NCBI GenBank assembly: GCA_947646655.1
Contig: CANSHI010000005.1
Span: 1,599 to 65,598 of the forward strand
Reading direction: 5' to 3'
DNA: 64,000 nucleotides
From: an uncultured bacterium
GTDB taxonomy: Bacteria; Bacillota_I; Bacilli_A; RF39; UBA660
Shown: piece by piece, positions 59,219-64,000 of the stretch
Layout of the letters: each line of letters opens with the position of its first letter
Position numbering within the stretch: position 1 is the first letter of the stretch
Position numbers and translations under genes: made by a program
Notes under the pieces: generated by a model
Seen by the model: only the letters and a program-made list of their open reading frames with translations
The model's database searches: none
What the model was told of the DNA's origin: nothing

Positions 59219-60333
59219 TATTTATTACCCTCTTCATTAACTTGACTCATCGATTTTACTGTAAGATGATATTTTGTCAACTTACTTGCTAGTTTGATAT
59301 TTGAGCCTTGTTTTCCTATCGCGAGACTTAATTCGTCATCACTTACAACTATAAATGCTTCATTTTTCTCGGTTGTTTCGTCAATAGTTACATAGACATT
59401 TTTAGCAGGGCTTAAAGCATTTTTAATAAATTCTTGTGGGTCTTCTGAGTATAAGACTAAGTCGACCTTTTCACCGTTTAACTCTTTATAAATGCTTCCT
59501 ATACGGATACCTTTTTCTCCAATACATGCTCCAATAGCATCTACTCTTTCATCGGTAGAATATACGGCTACTTTACTTCTAATACCAGGTTCACGAGCAA
59601 CACCATATAGTAATATAGTACCGTCAACTAATTCAGGTATTTCACTTTCAAATAGACGTCTTACGAAGTTATAGTGTCTTCTAGAACATAAAATAAGTGG
59701 ACCTTTTGGAGTAGCTTCAATTTTTTGGATATAAACTCTGATGCTATTACCCATTTTAACTGTTTCGTTAGGAATCATTTCTTTTTTAGGTAGGATACCT
59801 CTTGCACGGCCTAAATCTACGTAGTAATTTTTTTCATCTTCCATAGCAAGCATACCCATCATCATTTCGCCTTCTTTTCCTTCAAAGTCGGCCATGATAC
59901 TTTCGCGTTCAGCAGTTCTAATTTTTTGGATTAAAACTTGTTTAGCTGTTCCAACGGCAACACGTCCAAAGTCATCTGGAGTTACTTCTTCTTCGATAGT
60001 CTCTCCTACTTTAATATCGGGAACTTTTTTACGAGCATCTTCTAGAAGTATTTGAGCATCTACTGGTACAGAAGGTTCGATTACGACTTCATTTCCTTCT
60101 TCATCGATTGTTACTTCTGGGTCTTCATAGTCTTCCATGACAACATAGTAAGTAAAAATTTTAATCTCACCAGTTTCTCTGTTTATTTTTGGCTTAACGT
60201 TTGTCTTAGAGTTGTAATTTCTTTTGTAAGCTGTAATAAGTGCTTGTTCCATTCCTTCGAATATGATTTCCTCATCTATTTCTTTTTCTTTTGCTACTAA
60301 GTGTACATTTTTGATAAAATCTTTTGCATCCAT
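59218..60333 (-). CDS. nusA: Transcription termination/antitermination factor NusA
   Basis: N-terminal domain plus S1 and two KH domains (…LAIGKQGSNI…); 371 aa. Confidence 0.95.
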   Translation of the reverse strand: MDAKDFIKNVHLVAKEKEIDEEIIFEGMEQALITAYKRNYNSKTNVKPKINRETGEIKIFTYYVVMEDYEDPEVTIDEEGNEVVIEPSVPVDAQILLEDARKKVPDIKVGETIEEEVTPDDFGRVAVGTAKQVLIQKIRTAERESIMADFEGKEGEMMMGMLAMEDEKNYYVDLGRARGILPKKEMIPNETVKMGNSIRVYIQKIEATPKGPLILCSRRHYNFVRRLFESEIPELVDGTILLYGVAREPGIRSKVAVYSTDERVDAIGACIGEKGIRIGSIYKELNGEKVDLVLYSEDPQEFIKNALSPAKNVYVTIDETTEKNEAFIVVSDDELSLAIGKQGSNIKLASKLTKYHLTVKSMSQVNEEGNK

Positions 60334-60334
60334 T

Positions 60335-60589
60335 TTAATTACCTCTTTCTTTGCTTGATATATCTAAAATATATTCCTCTTTAATTGGGTCTAAGTCATC
60401 AATTATGGGATTTATGATGTTAGTGGCTTCGACAACAGAGTCGATATCTAATCCGTTTACTTTATCTAAAGTTATTTTAAGAAAATTATAGCCGTTTTCT
60501 TTTTCGTATAAAATCTCATCTACAGATATCCCCAATTTTTCCATCGGTTCTTTGATGGCTTCTTCAATTCGTTTCAGTGTTTTTTCCAT
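60335..60589 (-). CDS. rimP: Ribosome maturation factor RimP, unusually short form (84 aa)
   Basis: Position immediately upstream of nusA; the N-terminal RimP-like sequence covers only the first domain. Confidence 0.55.
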   Translation of the reverse strand: MEKTLKRIEEAIKEPMEKLGISVDEILYEKENGYNFLKITLDKVNGLDIDSVVEATNIINPIIDDLDPIKEEYILDISSKERGN

Positions 60590-60604
60590 ATAATAATTTC
60601 ACCA

Positions 60605-60634
60605 CTATAAAAGTGGGATAATTTTTTCCCACTT
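60605..60634 (-). terminator. Hairpin terminator after the 60697 gene, upstream of rimP
   Basis: AAGTGGGA…TCCCACTT stem followed by a T-run on the minus strand. Confidence 0.4.
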
Positions 60635-60696
60635 CCTTTCTGTTAATAAAATGATTATAACATACTATTTAATAAAACACAAATTTTTTTGAAATT

Positions 60697-62112
60697 TTAC
60701 GTAGTGAACGGATTATTTATCGTTCCATTACCTTTTAATGTCTGTGCATATTCTTTAGTAAGGTTGATTACTGGTGCTGTGCCTCCGTCTTGAGCACTGA
60801 CATTATATTGATTGATCGTTCCTGTATTTCCTACTATAAGCATATGGGCAGTAGAACTGTCGGTGAAAGCGCGCGGAGTCATCGTCCAATAGAAGAGACC
60901 TTTATATAAGTAGTAATTTGTATTTCCTGTACCACCTACTGCGCCTCCTAGAGATGCTTCATCAGCAGTAATGAGGCCTACTGGGTAAGTAAGAGCAGCA
61001 TTTCCATTAGTGGCATCTGATACAGTAAAAGAATCGATTTTTTCTTTACATATTAGCTCAGGTTTAGGATCAGTATTCCACGAATTATCTTTAGTTTTAA
61101 AACGGCTAAATCCACCAAAAGCGGTTGGATTAGAACCAAATCCTCGTGCTGTATCATTTGTCCACCATGTATTGGCACTGGAAGCGGTAGTACGATCATT
61201 ACAAAAAATAACATCGTCTATATAACTTCCATATCCTTTATCTAAAATATTAGTTTTATACCATTCTTCTACTTTGGATTTTATATTGGAGCTGGTCGTA
61301 TTTGTACGAGCTTGTGTTTTGGAAGTCGAAGCTGCTCCATTTGCACCTCCATACATCCAACCTACATATTTGGCATCATTTTCGTAGCTCATATTGTATG
61401 GGTTACCTCTGGCTATAAAACGAGATAAATCGTTAGTACCATTTGTATGTGCTTTAGTTCCATCATAAATAATTCTTAAGCTTCCATTACCATTAATTCT
61501 TATGATTCTCCAGTAAAAACCTGCAAATCTAACATAGTTGTTTTCTGTTGCGCCTCTAAAGTAATAAGAAGTACCATAATTATCTTCCATAGAGAAAAGT
61601 CCATTGCTTGTTTCATCAGTAGTTGCAGGAGTTGAAAAGTTATTTATTTGGTTGTTATTAACTTTTAAATTTAAAGAATATAAAGTTTTCAATGAAGGTG
61701 GTAACTCTTTTTTAAAATAAAGGCTACATCTATCGTTCGAAGATACTTTCAATCTGATCTTTTTACTTTCCATGTCTTGTTGTAGTATTCCTGCATTTGA
61801 ACAACTGCTTTTTTCTAAGTCGAGCAAGTATCCATCAGTCGGAAATTTTTTCTCGTTTGATAACTGGAACTCTCCATTGTCATTTTCTACGTAAATGGCA
61901 ATTAAATTGTTTTTAATTTGATCGGTGCTATCTTTAGAGAACACTATAAGAAAGTTAGATAATATTAGTATAAACAGGCTCAGTATTATAATAATTTTAT
62001 GATTGTGTAAAAATTTTAATAAACATATTGAAAACTTGAAACGCATTTTATTATTCATTTTAATTCCCATTTCTATCATAATAATTTTACTACCTATATC
62101 AAAAAAACACAA
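60697..62112 (-). CDS. Hypothetical secreted/membrane-anchored protein (471 aa), Thr/Asn/Gly-rich
   Basis: N-terminal TM; possible cargo of the adjacent conjugative element. Confidence 0.35.
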   Translation of the reverse strand: MCFFDIGSKIIMIEMGIKMNNKMRFKFSICLLKFLHNHKIIIILSLFILILSNFLIVFSKDSTDQIKNNLIAIYVENDNGEFQLSNEKKFPTDGYLLDLEKSSCSNAGILQQDMESKKIRLKVSSNDRCSLYFKKELPPSLKTLYSLNLKVNNNQINNFSTPATTDETSNGLFSMEDNYGTSYYFRGATENNYVRFAGFYWRIIRINGNGSLRIIYDGTKAHTNGTNDLSRFIARGNPYNMSYENDAKYVGWMYGGANGAASTSKTQARTNTTSSNIKSKVEEWYKTNILDKGYGSYIDDVIFCNDRTTASSANTWWTNDTARGFGSNPTAFGGFSRFKTKDNSWNTDPKPELICKEKIDSFTVSDATNGNAALTYPVGLITADEASLGGAVGGTGNTNYYLYKGLFYWTMTPRAFTDSSTAHMLIVGNTGTINQYNVSAQDGGTAPVINLTKEYAQTLKGNGTINNPFTT

Positions 62113-62183
62113 GCTTTTGCATAAAACTTCATAAGAAGATGTTGAACTGTATTTGCAATAAAAAAAATTCCGTGAAGGAATTT

Positions 62184-63992
62184 TTAATCGTCGTCGCCGA
62201 AGAAATCATCGAAAAATTGGTCATCTGTAACTAATTGATTACTTAAAACTACACTTGAATTGTCGACATTTGACAATACTTTTTTAGCTGGATGATCGTC
62301 TAAAATTTTTCTTTCTAGAGGAGGTTCCATAATATTAGGTGTATTTTTTATAACGTTTTCAACTTTTTCTTGATATGACACTGGTTTAGCTGGTTCAGCT
62401 GGAGTGCTAGACTCAGCTGCTTTTTTCTTCTTTTCTTCCTCTTCTTCTTTTTCAAGAGCAGCGATTTGAGCATCTATATTTTTAATTAGTGCATCTATGT
62501 CATCCACTTTATTATTAGGCATGCCCATTCCTCCAAAAGATGACGGTGGAGGTGGAAATCCATTCATTCCTGGTAAATTGGGGTTACTCATGAAGTCATT
62601 TACCCCTCTAGCAGAAGGCATAATTCCACCAGGCATGTTTGGTAAAGTTCCATTTTTGGCTTGATTTATCGTGTCCATTTGTTTTTTTCTTTTTTCTTCT
62701 TTAACATGTGATCGCATGTCAAATACTTTTACAGGATAAATTTCTCTTTCTTGTAATATAGCATCTTCATATGAGTCTCCCCAATCGATGTCATATGAAC
62801 CTTTTAAAACAGTTCTAAACGGTCTCATACGCATACGAATAACTATAATCTCATTTCTTTTCATCTTCTGAAGATCGGTTACAGTTACTAGAGGAGTTGA
62901 AACAGTTTTATCATCTTTTTTAGATTTGACTTCTCCACAAAGTTTACTAATCTTTTCTAAGGCAGATAATTCATTTGTAAGTAAGTAAATAGTGTTACCA
63001 CAGTTACTTCTAATTGTTTCGGCATTTTTTTCACCGTAAACTTCATCTAGCTGTGCAAAGTTCTGAATGATAAATGTAAATCTTATTTTACGAGAACGTG
63101 CTGCTGTTACCATGGAAGTAACATCGCGTAGCTGAGGCATGTTTGCAAATTCGTCTAAGATGAAATTTGTACGATATTTTAATTCACCATTAGGGTTTTT
63201 GTGAGCAACATCGATTAAAACTTCGTAAAGCTGTTTAATAAAAATCGTTGCAAGTGAGTGATACGTAGTTTTTTCATCGTGTACAATTAAGAATACAGCT
63301 GTTTTTTCTTTACCTATATCTTCCATGTTAAAGTCTGTGTATGATAGCATTTCTGATAGTTTTTCACGAGTAGAGAAAGTTCTTATTTTACTTTGGAACA
63401 CCGATAAAATACTTGATTTTGTATCACTAGGTGCAGAGATAGTTGCCTTAGCAAATTCATAAGCAGAATTTGATTCATTTTTTAGAGTAAAATAATCTTT
63501 GGCAAAAGTACTCAAGCCATTTTTTTCTTCACCAACAGTTGCCATGTTACTGATAGAAGTAATATTTACTTCGTTTTCTTTGGCATCTTCGAATAAGCCG
63601 AGTGCTAAACCTGAAAAATAGTCTGCTGCTGAATTTTCCCAAAAGGGATCGTTAGTATTTTTAGGATCGATACAAATATTTTTACTAATGTCTTCTAATA
63701 GCTCGATGGCTTTATCGACTTTCCCCTGTTTATACATACGATATGGAATAGTAAGAGGATTCCAAGCATTACCGTTTTGTGGATCACGGAAATTTATAAC
63801 TACTACTTTATAGCCCTTGTCTTTTAAGCGATTAGCATGATGTTTGTAAATCTCACCCTTAGGGTCTGTGATGACCATCGATTCTCCATGTTTTGCTAAA
63901 CTATATACTTGGGGATCTACAAGTGCAGTAGTTTTTCCAGCACCAGATTGTCCTATTATTAGTGAATGGTATTCTCCATCGTCAACCCACAT
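62184..63992 (-). CDS. Type IV secretion coupling protein (TraG/TraD/VirD4 family ATPase) with a Pro/Gly/Met-rich and acidic C-terminal tail
   Basis: Walker A IIGQSGAGKTTAL near the N-terminus, Walker B-like NFILDEFANM; C-terminal PGGIMP…GMNGFPPPPSSFGGMGMP and a DDFFGDDD tail. Confidence 0.65.
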   Translation of the reverse strand: MWVDDGEYHSLIIGQSGAGKTTALVDPQVYSLAKHGESMVITDPKGEIYKHHANRLKDKGYKVVVINFRDPQNGNAWNPLTIPYRMYKQGKVDKAIELLEDISKNICIDPKNTNDPFWENSAADYFSGLALGLFEDAKENEVNITSISNMATVGEEKNGLSTFAKDYFTLKNESNSAYEFAKATISAPSDTKSSILSVFQSKIRTFSTREKLSEMLSYTDFNMEDIGKEKTAVFLIVHDEKTTYHSLATIFIKQLYEVLIDVAHKNPNGELKYRTNFILDEFANMPQLRDVTSMVTAARSRKIRFTFIIQNFAQLDEVYGEKNAETIRSNCGNTIYLLTNELSALEKISKLCGEVKSKKDDKTVSTPLVTVTDLQKMKRNEIIVIRMRMRPFRTVLKGSYDIDWGDSYEDAILQEREIYPVKVFDMRSHVKEEKRKKQMDTINQAKNGTLPNMPGGIMPSARGVNDFMSNPNLPGMNGFPPPPSSFGGMGMPNNKVDDIDALIKNIDAQIAALEKEEEEEKKKKAAESSTPAEPAKPVSYQEKVENVIKNTPNIMEPPLERKILDDHPAKKVLSNVDNSSVVLSNQLVTDDQFFDDFFGDDD

Positions 63993-64000
63993 ATTTTTTC

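Noticed and set aside
1-64000. CRISPR array, rRNA, tRNA genes
   Set aside because: No regularly spaced direct repeats of 25-40 nt, no rRNA-like conserved blocks and no tRNA-like sequences were seen anywhere in the window.
1-64000. UGA-as-Trp (Mollicutes-type) genetic code, given the low GC content
   Set aside because: Long conserved genes (pnp, infB, nusA, truB) read through completely in the standard code and terminate where expected, so reassigning TGA is not needed.

Overview
The window is AT-rich (roughly 27-30% GC), reads cleanly in the standard genetic code (TGA acts as a stop), and looks like a low-GC Firmicutes-type chromosome. Most genes lie on the minus strand. I found no tRNA, rRNA or CRISPR array.

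Layout from left to right:

- 1-1471: a partial MutS-domain ATPase gene that runs off the window edge.
- 1.5-4.8 kb: an ABC exporter (one ATPase, two permeases).
- 4.9-9.1 kb: two large secreted proteins, a peptidase-M6 (immune-inhibitor-A-like, HEFGH) metalloprotease ending in a type-I dockerin module, and a Ser/Thr/Pro-rich cadherin-like surface protein.
- 9.5-11.2 kb: a four-gene operon of a CYTH-domain protein, a TfoX-N-like protein, a DUF1292-like protein and a membrane protein.
- 11.3-15.8 kb: a TetR regulator divergent from a giant (1269 aa) MMPL-type membrane protein.
- 15.9-18.2 kb: an AAA/DUF4143 ATPase followed by a translationally coupled DUF3990-DUF3791-small acidic protein operon.
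- 18.2-23.8 kb: two paralogous YtrA-type GntR / ABC ATPase / ABC-2 permease modules.
- 23.9-27.2 kb: poorly characterised genes, including a Cys-rich zinc-ribbon protein and a UMPH-1-like HAD nucleotidase.
- 27.3-38.7 kb: a mobile-element region. Its right part (about 31.58-38.74 kb) is a compact phage-satellite/PICI-like island (tyrosine integrase, cI/Cro-like HTH pair, DUF1064, P4-type prim-pol/SF3-helicase, iteron-like GTTACA repeats downstream of the primase, ATAAGTGGTGAA boundary repeats, accessory HTH plus membrane protein cargo, no packaging genes). Its left part (27.3-31.0 kb) looks like a decayed second element (frameshifted DUF5131/Gp37-Gp68 gene, transglutaminase-like peptidase, HTH fragment). 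The intergenic spacers carry a recurring AAAAAGTG-hairpin-TTCAGGGGG motif with covarying stems.
- 38.97-41.47 kb: pnp and rpsO.
- 42.4-55.6 kb: a roughly 13 kb surface-polysaccharide (capsule/teichoic-like) locus inserted between rpsO-pnp and truB where ribF normally sits. It comprises a priming sugar transferase, GT4 and GT2 glycosyltransferases, a TagF-like glycerophosphotransferase, Wzy, Wzx, VanZ, a dUTPase-like protein, a fused BY-kinase and a PHP tyrosine phosphatase. It also contains a sortase translationally coupled to a small secreted protein with an LKQTG-type sorting signal.
- 55.7-60.6 kb: the conserved rimP-nusA-ylxR-infB-rbfA-truB operon.
- 60.7-64.0 kb: a secreted protein and a TraG/VirD4-family type IV coupling protein at the window edge, suggesting an adjacent conjugative element.

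All functional calls are made by eye from motifs in the supplied translations. No database search was run.
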